Of a stretch of DNA of 64,000 bases, positions 20,236-30,083 are shown piece after piece (the first letter of the stretch is position 1; each line of letters opens with the position of its first letter). The notes below the pieces were generated by a model, which was not told the origin of the DNA, ran no database searches, and saw only the letters and a list, made by a program, of their open reading frames with translations. The translations under genes and the position numbers were made by a program. The DNA comes from an uncultured Holophagales bacterium (lineage in GTDB: Bacteria > Acidobacteriota > Thermoanaerobaculia > Multivoradales > UBA5704). The stretch is taken from assembly GCA_963842525.1 (NCBI GenBank), contig CAWJGT010000032.1, positions 124,800 through 188,799 of the forward strand. Direction: 5' to 3'.

Positions 20236-21369
20236 ATGGGGAGTGAGGTTCGCGAGGGGCTGGAAGGGGTCGTGGCGGCCACGACCCGGTTGAGCAGCGT
20301 GGACGGCGAAGCGGGTGTGCTGCTCCTCGCCGGTTTTCCGGTGGAAGAGGTGGCGCCCCAGGCGACGTTCGAGGAGCTCACCTGGCTGCTGTGGCACGGC
20401 GCGCTGCCCAAGGCCGCCGACCGCGAGGCCTTCACCCGGCGCCTCGCCGCGCGCCGGACGCTCCCGGCAGCCACGCTCGACCTGCTGCGGGGCCGCGGCG
20501 CTCCGGCGCTCCGGCGTGATGGACGCCCTGCGTATGGCCGCCGGCACTCTGAGCCTCGCCGAGGGAGCGGGGGAGCCGCAGGAGGATGCGGCGCTCCTGG
20601 TCGCAGCGTTCCCCACGATCGTCGCTTCCTACTGGCGCCTCCTCCAGGGCCAGGAGCCCCTTGCGCCGCGCGAGGGCCTCGGCCACACGGCGAGCTATCC
20701 TCCACCTCCTCACCGGACAGGAGCCCGACCCCGAGCGCGTCCGGGGCCTCGAAACCTATCTGAACACGGTGAGCGATCACGGCTTCAACGCCTCCACCTT
20801 CACGGCGCGCGTGATCGTCTCGACCCGTTCGGACCTGATTTCGGCGATCACCGGTGCGGTCGGCGCGCTGAAAGGTCCGCTGCACGGCGGCGCCCCTGGA
20901 CCGGCGCTCGACATGGTCTTCGAGATCGGCTCGGCGGACCGCGCCGAGGAGGTGCTCCGCGACAAGCTCGGCCGGGGCGAGCGGCTGATGGGCTTCGGCC
21001 ACCGCGTCTATCGCGTACGCGATCCGCGCGCCGACGTCCTGGGCGCGGCGGCGGAACGTTTCTATCGCCGAGCCGGCGACATGGCGCTCTACGACCTCGC
21101 CCGCTCGGTCGAGGCCACGGCACTGCGCCTCCTGCGCGAGCACAAGCCGGACCGGAAGCTGGAGACCAACGTCGAGTTCTACACCGCCTTGCTGCTCCAC
21201 GGCCTGGAGCTGCCCACCGAGCTGTTCACGCCCGGCCTTCGCGGTCGGCCGCGTCGCCGGCTGGACCGCGCACGCCTTCGAGCAACTCGAACGGGGCCGG
21301 CTGATCCGGCCCCAGTCCGAGTACGTGGGCGAGCGGGACCGCCGCTGGGTGGCTCTCGAGGATCGGTAG
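20236..21369 (+). CDS. Citrate synthase/methylcitrate synthase (several apparent frameshifts)
   Basis: GLEGVVAATTRLSSVDG; DHGFNASTF, KGPLHGGA, MGFGHRVY..DPRA, NVEFY; C-terminus GWTAHAFEQ..LIRPQSEYVG in another frame. Confidence 0.88.
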
Positions 21370-21373
21370 CACC

Positions 21374-21400
21374 CTGGGAGCGCGGGCGTCTCGCCCGCAC
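21374..21400 (+). repeat. REP family C (GGGAGCGCGGGCGTCTCGCCCGCAC)
   Basis: Near-identical copy at 58680-58707; both lie just after a stop codon. Confidence 0.65.
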
Positions 21401-21423
21401 CAGGGCCTCGCGAGTCGCAGGGC

Positions 21424-21858
21424 TCACTGCTCGGTTGTGGATTTCCAGGGATTCAACAGGGGGAGGCCAAGCTTCAAGAAGTCCTGAACATTGCGGGTCA
21501 CCAGAGTCAATCGATGGACTTCCGCGGTGGCGGCGAAGAAAGCATCCAAGATACCGAGATTGAGCCCGGCTTTTTTGCCACGTGCCATGAAGATCCCCCA
21601 GGCTTCGGCAATCCGGCCGTCGATGTCGAGGATACGCCCTTCGAAGCGGGCCGGCAGATCTCCAGTCAACCAGGAGGCCAAGCGGTCGCGGCGCTTCCCT
21701 TGAGGCATCAACTCGACTCCCCGGCGGATTTCGGCGAGGGAGGCGACGCTCAGGAATACCCGGTCCTCATCCACCGCCTTCAGCCACGCAACCACTTGCG
21801 GATCAGGCTGCGGTTTGACCCACTCGGAGACGACGTTCGTGTCGAGCAGGAAGCTCAC
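21424..21858 (-). CDS. vapC: VapC/PIN-domain toxin
   Basis: MSFLLDTNVVSE..SLAEI..LDAFFAATA..LVTRNVQDF. Confidence 0.92.
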   Translation of the reverse strand: MSFLLDTNVVSEWVKPQPDPQVVAWLKAVDEDRVFLSVASLAEIRRGVELMPQGKRRDRLASWLTGDLPARFEGRILDIDGRIAEAWGIFMARGKKAGLNLGILDAFFAATAEVHRLTLVTRNVQDFLKLGLPLLNPWKSTTEQ

Positions 21859-22130
21859 AGATCGAGCTCGCGAGGACTGTCTTGGGGGCGCTCAACCTCC
21901 AGGCCCGAATCCCGCAAAGGCGAGGCCGCGAAGAAATCGGCCAGGGTTCCCTGGCGGCGCGCTTTGCGCTCCCACTCTTCGGCCGCCACGACGACGACTG
22001 CCTTCCGGCCATGCCGGGTGATGATCTGAGGCCCTTCCTCTAAGGCGCTTTCGACGACTTCGCTCAGATGCGCTTTCGCGGCGGCAAGGGTCCAGGTTCT
22101 GTCATTCTGAGAGATGGTCATAGTGGTCAT
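21855..22130 (-). CDS. Phd/YefM-family antitoxin
   Basis: WTLAAAKAHLSEVVESALEEGPQIITRHGRKAVVVV; 4-bp overlap with vapC. Confidence 0.9.
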   Translation of the reverse strand: MTTMTISQNDRTWTLAAAKAHLSEVVESALEEGPQIITRHGRKAVVVVAAEEWERKARRQGTLADFFAASPLRDSGLEVERPQDSPRELDL

Positions 22131-22270
22131 TTTAAGGGCAGAGCCCCGTCTACGCAAGTTCCTCCGCATCCTGGACCTCGCATCCCAGGCCCATCTCCGA
22201 GGGTCCGCGGCCGTTTGCGGATTGTCAATCCGATCTGGATTGCCGAACAATACAGATCCGACCGGAGGAC

Positions 22271-23389
22271 ATGATGACCGAGACGCCACAGCACCCGACG
22301 CTCCTGAGCCCGGTGCGGCTCGGCCCCTATACGCTGCACAACCGGCTGGCGATGGCTCCGATGACGCGCAAGCGCACGCCGGGGGAGGGGAACGTCCCGA
22401 ACGGAATGATGGCCACCTACTACCGCCAGCGCGCCTCGGCCGGCCTGATCATCACCGAAGGCTCGCAGGTCTCTCTCCAGGGTGTTGGCTATCCCGATAC
22501 GCCGGGCATCCACACGGACGCGCAGGTCGAGGGCTGGCGGCGGATCACCGCGGCCGTCCACGAGCGCGGCGGCCGGATTTTCCTCCAGCTCTGGCACGTG
22601 GGACGGGTCTCCCACCCCTCGATCCAGCCGGGTGGGGCCCTCCCGGTGGCACCTTCACCCATCGTCCCGGAAGGCGCCTGGCACGGCGCCACCGGACCGC
22701 AGCCCTGGGCGGTTCCGCATGCTCTGGAGCCTGACGAGATCCCCGGCGTCGTGCGGCAGTTCGCCGAGGCCGCCCGCTGTGCCCTGGACGCCGGCTTCGA
22801 CGGCGTCGAGGTCCACGGCGCCAACGGCTACCTGCTCGATCAGTTCCTACGCGACGGGACCAATCATCGGACCGATGTCTACGGCGGACCGATCGAAAAC
22901 CGCGCCCGTTTCCTCCTCGACGTCACCGAGGCCGTGGCCGCGGTCTGGGGTATGGACCGGGTCGGCGTCCGCCTCTCGCCGCTCAGCCCCTTCAACAGCA
23001 TGAGCGACTCCGATCCTGAGGCGACCTTTGGACATGCCGCCGAGGCCCTGGGGCGGCTGCGGATCGGATACCTGCACGGCGCCGCATTGGTGGGGAGCCA
23101 CGATCCATCGACCCGCGAGCATCGAATGGCGGCCCTGCTGAAGGAGAGGTTCGGGGGCACGTTCCTCCTCAATGGCGGCTTCGACCAGGCGAGCGGCGAC
23201 GCGGTCGTCGCCTCCGGCCTCGCCGACATGGTCGCTTTCGGCGCCCTGTTCCTGGCCAATCCCGACCTGCCGGAACGCTTCGCCGAGGGAGCGCTCCTCA
23301 ACGTGCCGGACCGCGGCACCTTCTACGGCGGCGGCGAGCGGGGCTACATCGACTATCCGACCCGCGACGCCGTACCTGCGGCCGTCTGA
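22271..23389 (+). CDS. nemA: Old yellow enzyme / N-ethylmaleimide reductase-like alkene reductase
   Basis: MAPMTR, YYRQRASAGLIITEG, QLWHVGR, EVHGANGYLLDQF, FYGGGERGYIDYP. Confidence 0.9.
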   Translation: MMTETPQHPTLLSPVRLGPYTLHNRLAMAPMTRKRTPGEGNVPNGMMATYYRQRASAGLIITEGSQVSLQGVGYPDTPGIHTDAQVEGWRRITAAVHERGGRIFLQLWHVGRVSHPSIQPGGALPVAPSPIVPEGAWHGATGPQPWAVPHALEPDEIPGVVRQFAEAARCALDAGFDGVEVHGANGYLLDQFLRDGTNHRTDVYGGPIENRARFLLDVTEAVAAVWGMDRVGVRLSPLSPFNSMSDSDPEATFGHAAEALGRLRIGYLHGAALVGSHDPSTREHRMAALLKERFGGTFLLNGGFDQASGDAVVASGLADMVAFGALFLANPDLPERFAEGALLNVPDRGTFYGGGERGYIDYPTRDAVPAAV

Positions 23390-23466
23390 CCTCGACAGAT
23401 TCTTTTTTTCGCCAGCGCTCGGCGTCTCGGCGCTATAATCAGGACCATCTGCGAAAGCGCCGGTGG

Positions 23467-24120
23467 ATGGAGACCGAGGCGATGCAAGAAGAGGTCCGCC
23501 GAGCCCTGGCCGGGGACGAGCCCGCGCTGAACCGGCTCGTCCAGATCCTGACGCCGGTCATCCAGAGCCGGGTGGCCCGCGGCCTCCTCCTGCGGCGCGT
23601 CGGGGCGGCCAGCGGGCGCAACGTCCGGCAGGAGGTCGAAGACCTCACCCAGGACATCTTCCTGGTCCTGTTCGCCGACGGGGGTAAGGTGCTCCGGAGC
23701 TGGCAGCCGGACCGCGGGCTGACCCTGCCCAATTTCGTCGGTCTCGTTGCCGAACGGCAGACAGCCTCGATCCTGCGCAGCGGCCGGCGGAGCCCCTGGA
23801 AGGAAGACCCCACCCTTGCCGAGGATCTCGAGCAGGTGGCCACGGAGAGCGGCCCTGAGGAGGTGACCGCGTCCCGCGAGCAGCTTCGGCTCCTCCTGCG
23901 CAGGCTTGGCGAGGAGCTGAGCCCCCTGGGAAGACATCTCTTCGATCTCCTCTTCCTGCGCGAGATGCCGTTCGACGAGGTGGTCCGGCAGACGAGCATG
24001 AGCCCTGACGCCGTCTATGCCTGGCGCAGCCGCCTGCGTCGCCTGGCCCGCCGGCTGCTCGACGAGATGTCAAAAGAAGGCCTCGACTCGCGAAGACATC
24101 TGAGGGATGGACGAGTATGA
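23467..24120 (+). CDS. ECF-type RNA polymerase sigma factor
   Basis: Region 2 EVEDLTQDIFLVLF; region 4 LSPLGRHLFDLLF..EVVRQTSMSPDAVYAWRSRLRR; TATAAT at 23434-23439. Confidence 0.88.
   Translation: METEAMQEEVRRALAGDEPALNRLVQILTPVIQSRVARGLLLRRVGAASGRNVRQEVEDLTQDIFLVLFADGGKVLRSWQPDRGLTLPNFVGLVAERQTASILRSGRRSPWKEDPTLAEDLEQVATESGPEEVTASREQLRLLLRRLGEELSPLGRHLFDLLFLREMPFDEVVRQTSMSPDAVYAWRSRLRRLARRLLDEMSKEGLDSRRHLRDGRV
24068..24099 (+). promoter_or_regulatory. Candidate ECF promoter copy 1 (inside sigma 3' end, upstream of anti-sigma)
   Basis: TGTCAAAAG-N16-AAGACA; resembles 27679 and 30011. Confidence 0.45.
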
Positions 24121-24914
24121 ACGATGACCGATGGCTTCGAGAGCTGGCCCAAGTGAATCGCGAGACGGAAGCCGAGGAACGGTCCCATCTCGATGAGCGC
24201 TGGGACCGGTTGAGCGCCGGAGAGCTCACCCCGGAGGAGGAAGCGGAGCTGCGAGCCCTGGCCGAAACCTCCGAGGAGGCCCGCGAAGCCTACGAGGCGT
24301 TCCGGCCGCTCGGACTGGACTTCCAGGCCAGCGTGGTGGGCGCTATCCAAAAAGCCCAGAAGCCGCCGCCCAGGGTCTTGCCCTTTCCGCAGCCTGCCGC
24401 CTGGCTATGGAAAGCCGCAGCCGCGACGGCTGCTGCGGCCGCCGCCCTGTTCCTATTCGTGCGTACCCCGGCGCCGCTGCCCGCGCTGCCCGCCTACACC
24501 GCCCATCTGAGCGTCGGAGCCCAGAGCTCCCGCGGCACCGCAGAACCGTCCTCCGGGCTGCCGGTCTTTATCCCCGGCACGCGGTTGACCCTGGACCTGA
24601 GGCCGGAGCAAGCCGTTGCCGAATCCGTCGAGGCGCAAGCCTTCCTTGCTCGTGGCGCAGACATCTTTCTCTGGAAGCCCGAGCCACCCCTCGACCTCCC
24701 CCCCGGGGGTGCCGTGCGTCTGCAAGGCAGGCTGGGAGAGGAGATCCGACTGCAACCTGGGGAGTGGAGGATCTGGATCGTCGTCGGCCGCCCGGGAAAG
24801 ATTCCACCCGCGGACAAGATCGTGGCCGAGTTGCGTGCAGGACGGACCCGGCATGCCGATTGGCATGCAGTGGTATCGGAGAACCTGCGGGTCGCAGACC
24901 GCGCATCGCCATGA
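24117..24914 (+). CDS. Putative membrane-anchored anti-sigma factor
   Basis: ATGA overlap with sigma; N-terminal helical WDRLSAGELTPEEEAEL, one TM segment (AAATAAAAAALFLFV), C-terminal beta-rich domain. Confidence 0.7.
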   Translation: MNDDRWLRELAQVNRETEAEERSHLDERWDRLSAGELTPEEEAELRALAETSEEAREAYEAFRPLGLDFQASVVGAIQKAQKPPPRVLPFPQPAAWLWKAAAATAAAAAALFLFVRTPAPLPALPAYTAHLSVGAQSSRGTAEPSSGLPVFIPGTRLTLDLRPEQAVAESVEAQAFLARGADIFLWKPEPPLDLPPGGAVRLQGRLGEEIRLQPGEWRIWIVVGRPGKIPPADKIVAELRAGRTRHADWHAVVSENLRVADRASP

Positions 24915-27664
24915 AAGGGTGCCGGACACGAGGTCGTCTTGGCCGGGTGCTCCATCTGGTGAGCCTCGCCGCTCTCCTGTCCTCCTGTCGCTCCGATACT
25001 TCCGTCCCACTCCCGGAAGTCGAATACAGCGGCTGCTGGGCGGTTTACTTCCCAGGGCCCGTCTGCGCTCTCTGGCCAGTCTCTAACCCAGTGCTCAGGC
25101 TCTGGGTGAAGGCCGATCCCGGCGCGAAGGTGGAGATCCGGGCAGGGGACCGGCTCCTGACCGCGAGCGGTGAGGAGTGGGCCGGAGGCCGGCGCTATCG
25201 CCTGTCGCTCCCGCAGGAAGACTCCGGGCTCACGGTGCGGCTGCGGCAGGCGGACGGCGCCTACGGTCCATCCTGGTCGATGGCGCTGACCAGGACCGAG
25301 ATGCCCGCCTGGTTGAGCCGGTTCGGCGAGCTTGCAGGCAGCGGCAAGAGAAGGGCGGCTCGAGAACTGCTGCAACAGCGCTGGAAAGAGGCGCCCCGGA
25401 GCGAACAAGGGATCCTCCTGCGATCCTTCGCCCTGCTGGCCCGCCTGGAGGGCAACTCCGGGGAGCACGAGTCCTATCTCCAGCGGGGGATTGCGGCAGA
25501 CCGTGCTGAAAACTGCCTGAGCTGCGAGGTCGAGAAAGCGACCTTGCTGGCGGATTCTTATATGGGTCAAGGGCGCTTCAGCGAAGCGCGCAAGGTGTTG
25601 GAGAGCCTGGCGCTCCCTCCCGGGGCTCCGGTCGACTCGAAGTGCCTGGTGGCTTATCTGAAAGGCGTTCTTGCCAGCAGGGTCGGTGACTACCGCACGG
25701 CCCTGGAGCAGCTTCGGAAGGACATCGCCCTGGCGGAAAAGGTCTGGATGGAGAAGGCGCGCTGGAAAGCCGAGCTGGCCCTAGCCAACCTGCTGCAGGA
25801 TCTCGGCCGCTCGCACGACGCCTCGTTACTGTTCAAACGCCTTCACACCGCCCCTCATGTCGAGACTCCCTGCGACAAAGGGGACCTCTTGACCAGTTGG
25901 GCCTGGTCCTGGCTGCTCGCGCGGGAAGCGGGCGAGGAAGCCGAGGATCCGACGCCCATGCTGAAGGAAGCCCTGGCCGCCTACAACCCCTCTTGCGCTC
26001 CGCCGGAGCGGCGGTTCAACGCCCGCCTCAACCTCGTTCTGGCATTGCAGCAGGCGGAGCGGTGGAGCGAGGACCGGCAGGCCCTGGACCAGGCCCGCCC
26101 CCTGGCTTCCCATGCGAGCCTGCGCCAACGCCTCTGGTGGTATGACCTCGAAGCGCGGACCGCGATCGCCGCGGGGCGGCCGGAGCGTGGGTTGCGTCTT
26201 TATGAGGAGCTCGCGGAGCTGGCCGAGCGCTCGCAGTCGTTCGAGGGTCGCTTTCGCGCCGCGTTCGGCCGGGCCCGCGCCGAGCTCGCCCTCGGCCGCC
26301 GGGCCGCGGCGCTCGCAGCTCTCGCCCAGGCGGACCGCTGCATCGACGAGCAGAGCCGGAATGTTCCGGCGTACGAGGGTCGCGACACCGTCGTCGGGCA
26401 GCGGGAGCAGGCCACGCGGCTCTACCTCCAGCTCCTCCTCGACGCGGGGCAGACGCAGGAAGCCTTCAGGCTGGCACGCCGCGCCCGTTCGCGGCTGCTG
26501 CGCCAGCTCACGGTCCGGGACCGGCTGGCGCTGCTGACCCCTCGGGAACAGGGGATCTGGGACCAGGCTCTGTCCGGGTATCGGGCGTTGCGCAACGAGG
26601 TCGATCAGCAGACGGCCGACGAATGGCAGCTTCCCGGGGACCAGAGGGAGCGCGCTCGGAAAGACCGGGCTTCGCAACTCGCTCAGGCCCGGGAGGATCT
26701 CGATCGCGCGATGGCCGAACTCGGAATCCCCAGGGACGACGACGAGATCCACCTTCTTCCGCCGCGTCCTGGCGAGGTCGTCCTGACCTACCATCCATTA
26801 CCCACGGGATTGTGGGCGGGATTTGCTGCCGATGAGCGAGGGCTCGAGGTCAGAACCTTCAGATTGCCTGCCAAGGGGTCCGCCGATTCCGTGGCGCTTG
26901 CCCAAGTCGTGCTCGAACCTTTCCGCCCGGCTCTTGAGCGAGCCGAGCGCGTGCGGGTGCTGCCCTATGGTCTCTTGCGGCTCGTTGATTTCCACACCCT
27001 GCCTTTTGGCGGAGAGCCGCTGCTCGCCCGGCACGTCGTGGTCTACGGACTCGACCTGCCGGCCCGGTCCTTCCCGGTCGACATGGACCGGCGTACGGCT
27101 CTCCTCGTCGCGGATCCGCAGGGTGACCTGGCGGCGGCGCGCCAGGAAGCATCAGTAGTTGCCGCGGCGGTTCGGACCTGGAAACCCGGCTGGACCCTGA
27201 AGCCGCTGGAGGGCACCGCGGCCCGCGCCGAGGACGTTCGCGCGGCGCTCCCTGACGCCGGTCTCTTCCACTACGCCGGCCACGGGACGTTCGCGGGCTT
27301 TGCCGGATGGGACAGTGTGCTCCCGCTGGCGGACGGCTCGTCTCTGACCCTCGGCGACCTTCTGGCCCTCCCCCGGGCTCCGGCCTGGGTGCTGCTCTCC
27401 TCCTGTGACGCCGCCCGCTCGTCCGAGCAGGCGCCGGGCGAAGGCATCGGCCTCGCCCATGCGTTCCTCCTGGCCGGTTCCCAGTTCGTAATCGCGGCCA
27501 CGCGGGAAGTCCCCGACCGCACCGCGCGCGACCTGCTGAGCGAGCTATATCGCGGATGGCAGCCGGGTGTGGACCTACCGCGCGAGTTCCAGCGGGCTCA
27601 GCAAATATGCAGCCATAGCCATTCTGCTTCTGATTGTGCGAGTTTTCGCCTGCTCGAGCCCTGA
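24911..27664 (+). CDS. TPR-CHAT (caspase-like) protease with lipoprotein-type signal
   Basis: ATGA overlap; LVSLAALLSSC lipobox; TPR-like helices; LLVADPQGDL, FHYAGHG (His), LLSSCDAA (Cys), GLAHAFLLAG. Confidence 0.88.
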   Translation: MKGCRTRGRLGRVLHLVSLAALLSSCRSDTSVPLPEVEYSGCWAVYFPGPVCALWPVSNPVLRLWVKADPGAKVEIRAGDRLLTASGEEWAGGRRYRLSLPQEDSGLTVRLRQADGAYGPSWSMALTRTEMPAWLSRFGELAGSGKRRAARELLQQRWKEAPRSEQGILLRSFALLARLEGNSGEHESYLQRGIAADRAENCLSCEVEKATLLADSYMGQGRFSEARKVLESLALPPGAPVDSKCLVAYLKGVLASRVGDYRTALEQLRKDIALAEKVWMEKARWKAELALANLLQDLGRSHDASLLFKRLHTAPHVETPCDKGDLLTSWAWSWLLAREAGEEAEDPTPMLKEALAAYNPSCAPPERRFNARLNLVLALQQAERWSEDRQALDQARPLASHASLRQRLWWYDLEARTAIAAGRPERGLRLYEELAELAERSQSFEGRFRAAFGRARAELALGRRAAALAALAQADRCIDEQSRNVPAYEGRDTVVGQREQATRLYLQLLLDAGQTQEAFRLARRARSRLLRQLTVRDRLALLTPREQGIWDQALSGYRALRNEVDQQTADEWQLPGDQRERARKDRASQLAQAREDLDRAMAELGIPRDDDEIHLLPPRPGEVVLTYHPLPTGLWAGFAADERGLEVRTFRLPAKGSADSVALAQVVLEPFRPALERAERVRVLPYGLLRLVDFHTLPFGGEPLLARHVVVYGLDLPARSFPVDMDRRTALLVADPQGDLAAARQEASVVAAAVRTWKPGWTLKPLEGTAARAEDVRAALPDAGLFHYAGHGTFAGFAGWDSVLPLADGSSLTLGDLLALPRAPAWVLLSSCDAARSSEQAPGEGIGLAHAFLLAGSQFVIAATREVPDRTARDLLSELYRGWQPGVDLPREFQRAQQICSHSHSASDCASFRLLEP

Positions 27665-27678
27665 TCTTTTCCGTTCCT

Positions 27679-27709
27679 TGTCAGAAACAATTCCCCGGCC
27701 GCAAAAGCC
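27679..27709 (+). promoter_or_regulatory. Candidate ECF promoter copy 2 (upstream of S8 peptidase)
   Basis: TGTCAGAAA-N15-AAAAGCC. Confidence 0.55.
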
Positions 27710-27794
27710 TAATGTGTAGTCGCGGCATTGGATCAGTCCCGGAAGCCCGCTCAACGAGGAGCGGCCTTCTTGCCGCGGCCGGGAGGATAAATCC

Positions 27795-29891
27795 ATGAGA
27801 TTCAAGGCCTTCTGCATCCTGGTCGTTCTTCTGGGATTCAGCGCTGTAGTCAGCCGTGCCGCTGTGCAGCCGCCTGCTCCTGCGGCCGGGCTCGAAAACA
27901 TCGAGAAGAAGTGCGTGGCCACGAAGCCGGAAAACCCTGATTCTGAGGGCGCATGCGTCCAGTGGCGCCAGATCGGCTTCTTGAAGAAGGGAGTCAAGGA
28001 CGGCTGCCCGGCCGCCGATGGTTGGGAGGAGCCCCACTCGCTGTTGAAGCTGGCTCTCCTCGAGGCAAATAAAAAAACCGAGGAAGAAATCGATCAGGAG
28101 AGAAATGCATATTTAGCTCAGGAAGGCTTGCCCAAGCCGCAGATGGTCAGGATCAAACCGGCCGATCGCGCCCAGCTTCGCAAGCTGGGGCTCGACCGGG
28201 TTTGCGTCTACGAGGCGGAAGCCCCAGGGGAGCCGAATCTGAAGTCCTTGCCACCCCAGATCAAGCCGAAGCCGGACCGGCTGGCGCTCTCCACCACCAG
28301 TGCCGGAGGTCTTCCCATGGACTCTCTCAGCCAGGCGGTCTGGCAAGCCCTGGCGATTCGTTTTCGGGACCAGACGCTCCAAAGCGATGCAAACGGCCCG
28401 AGTCGGGTCCCCATTCCTTTGCCGGTGGAGCCCAGCGTCCGGCTGACATTCATCGACAGCCAGCCGGATGGCGAAGGGTTTCCCCTCGCGCCGCACAACG
28501 GCTCGCCGCACGGTTTCACCCTCGCCTACCTCGCTCGTGGCATGGTCTGTCCCGTTCCCGAGCGCTGCGCGGCCCTGGTCGTGACGCGGCGCGCTCTGAG
28601 CTTCGGAGACTTCACCCCGAGGGCCGTAATGCCCTCGAACGAGCTCCCGAGCGACCAGAGCGGTCACGTGGGCCTGATGAGCGACCTCGCCGTTAAGATT
28701 GTAGCGGAGGTCTTGTACTGGCGGCACTTCGACCCGGACAAGAAGCTGATTCTCAACCTTTCGCTCGGCTGGGACGGCGAGCTGTTCGGGGATCTCAAGA
28801 AACACAAGCTTTCGAAGCTCGATCCCTCGGTACAGGCGGTCTACAAGGCCCTCCGCTTCGCCCGCCGCTCCGGTGCTCTCGTGATCGCCGCCGCGGGTAA
28901 CCAACGGGGCGGCAAGGTACCGTCCAACTCGCCGCTCCTTCCGGCAGCTTGGGAGCTGAAACGTCCCACCTGGCTGCCGTTCTTTCTCAGCCGCAAGCCG
29001 GTTTATGCCGTCGGCGGTGTGGACGGGCAACGCATGCCGCTTTCCAACTCTCGCCGCGGCGGGCTCCCGCGGCGAGCCACCTATGCGGACCATGCCGTGG
29101 CCGCAACCGAGGACCCCAACGATCCTACGGCGCTCTACACCGGTACGTCGGTCTCGGCGGCCGTAGCGTCCTCGATCGCCGCGATGGTCTGGCACCTGCG
29201 GCCGGATCTCAGCCCTTCCGAAGTGATGCGGCTGGTCACCCGGTCCGGCGACCCATTGCCCTTCCGGGCCGACTTCTACCCCTGGAAGAAGCTCTGGCCT
29301 CTCTCCAAGATCCTTAAGGCGCCGCACGCGAGGCGGCTTTCGCTCTGCCGGGCCGCCGAATCGGCCTGTGGCCCGGACGGCAGCAGGTGCCTCGCTCTGT
29401 CCTCCCTGCCGGCGTGTTCTGACCCTCCCGCCCCGTCACATGAGATCGAGGCGATCCTGCGTAGTCTCCCTGCCACGAAGAGCTCGGCGAGCCCGTCATT
29501 AAGTCCCCCTGAGCTCGTGGATGTGGCGAGCCAGCGGTGGGTCACGCCCCAACCGGAGGCGACTCCCTGTCCCAGTTGCGCGCTGGTTCCCGAGCCGTCT
29601 GGCTTCAGCGCGGCCGGTGCGCGGCTGGTGCTGGAAATCAGCAATGACTGGGACCCCGAGCAGAAGGTCCTTCTCACCGGCGCTACGCTTTACATCGATG
29701 GCTCGCCATCCTACGAGCTGACACACGACCAAGTGGTCCGCGGATCGGTGCACAGGATCTCGGTCGCGGCCGGAGGAAGACTGCTCCGAGCCCGGAGTGC
29801 TCAGATCACGTTCATGGCGAAAGACATAGCGACGGGAGAGCCGATGTCGATTCTGAACCCGGTCCTCGTCGTTGAACCCGTGGCACGATAA
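27795..29891 (+). CDS. Secreted S8 subtilisin-like serine peptidase, Cys-rich
   Basis: Signal peptide; TFIDSQ (Asp), PHGFTLA (His), ILNLSLGW, IAAAGN (oxyanion), GTSVSAA (Ser). Confidence 0.85.
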   Translation: MRFKAFCILVVLLGFSAVVSRAAVQPPAPAAGLENIEKKCVATKPENPDSEGACVQWRQIGFLKKGVKDGCPAADGWEEPHSLLKLALLEANKKTEEEIDQERNAYLAQEGLPKPQMVRIKPADRAQLRKLGLDRVCVYEAEAPGEPNLKSLPPQIKPKPDRLALSTTSAGGLPMDSLSQAVWQALAIRFRDQTLQSDANGPSRVPIPLPVEPSVRLTFIDSQPDGEGFPLAPHNGSPHGFTLAYLARGMVCPVPERCAALVVTRRALSFGDFTPRAVMPSNELPSDQSGHVGLMSDLAVKIVAEVLYWRHFDPDKKLILNLSLGWDGELFGDLKKHKLSKLDPSVQAVYKALRFARRSGALVIAAAGNQRGGKVPSNSPLLPAAWELKRPTWLPFFLSRKPVYAVGGVDGQRMPLSNSRRGGLPRRATYADHAVAATEDPNDPTALYTGTSVSAAVASSIAAMVWHLRPDLSPSEVMRLVTRSGDPLPFRADFYPWKKLWPLSKILKAPHARRLSLCRAAESACGPDGSRCLALSSLPACSDPPAPSHEIEAILRSLPATKSSASPSLSPPELVDVASQRWVTPQPEATPCPSCALVPEPSGFSAAGARLVLEISNDWDPEQKVLLTGATLYIDGSPSYELTHDQVVRGSVHRISVAAGGRLLRARSAQITFMAKDIATGEPMSILNPVLVVEPVAR

Positions 29892-29954
29892 ACTTTGAGT
29901 CTGGCCTTGAAGCTACCTCCAGTCCACCCCTGAGCCTTCTACGATCACACCCTG

Positions 29955-29994
29955 AGCGCCGGCCTCCGTCGACACGGAGGCCGGCGCTTCTCTT
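29955..29994 (+). terminator. Intrinsic terminator hairpin
   Basis: AGCGCCGGCCTCCGT-CGAC-ACGGAGGCCGGCGCT followed by TCTCTT. Confidence 0.7.
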
Positions 29995-30010
29995 GATAGC
30001 CGTTGTTTCC

Positions 30011-30042
30011 TGTCAGAAATCCACCACGAAGCGCGAAAAGCC
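30011..30042 (+). promoter_or_regulatory. Candidate ECF promoter copy 3 (upstream of VWA/beta-barrel gene)
   Basis: TGTCAGAAA-N16-AAAAGCC, about 40 bp before the ATG at 30084. Confidence 0.55.
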
Positions 30043-30083
30043 CTTTCAGAAGGACCTCGAAGTCCGCTCGAAAGGAGCTTCGT

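Noticed and set aside
20236-21369. Programmed frameshifting or pseudogenisation of citrate synthase (also hydrolase 40391, oxidoreductase 42146, carboxylase near 54800)
   Set aside because: Scattered single-base shifts also hit essential rimM and no slippery-site pattern is evident; sequencing indels are more parsimonious
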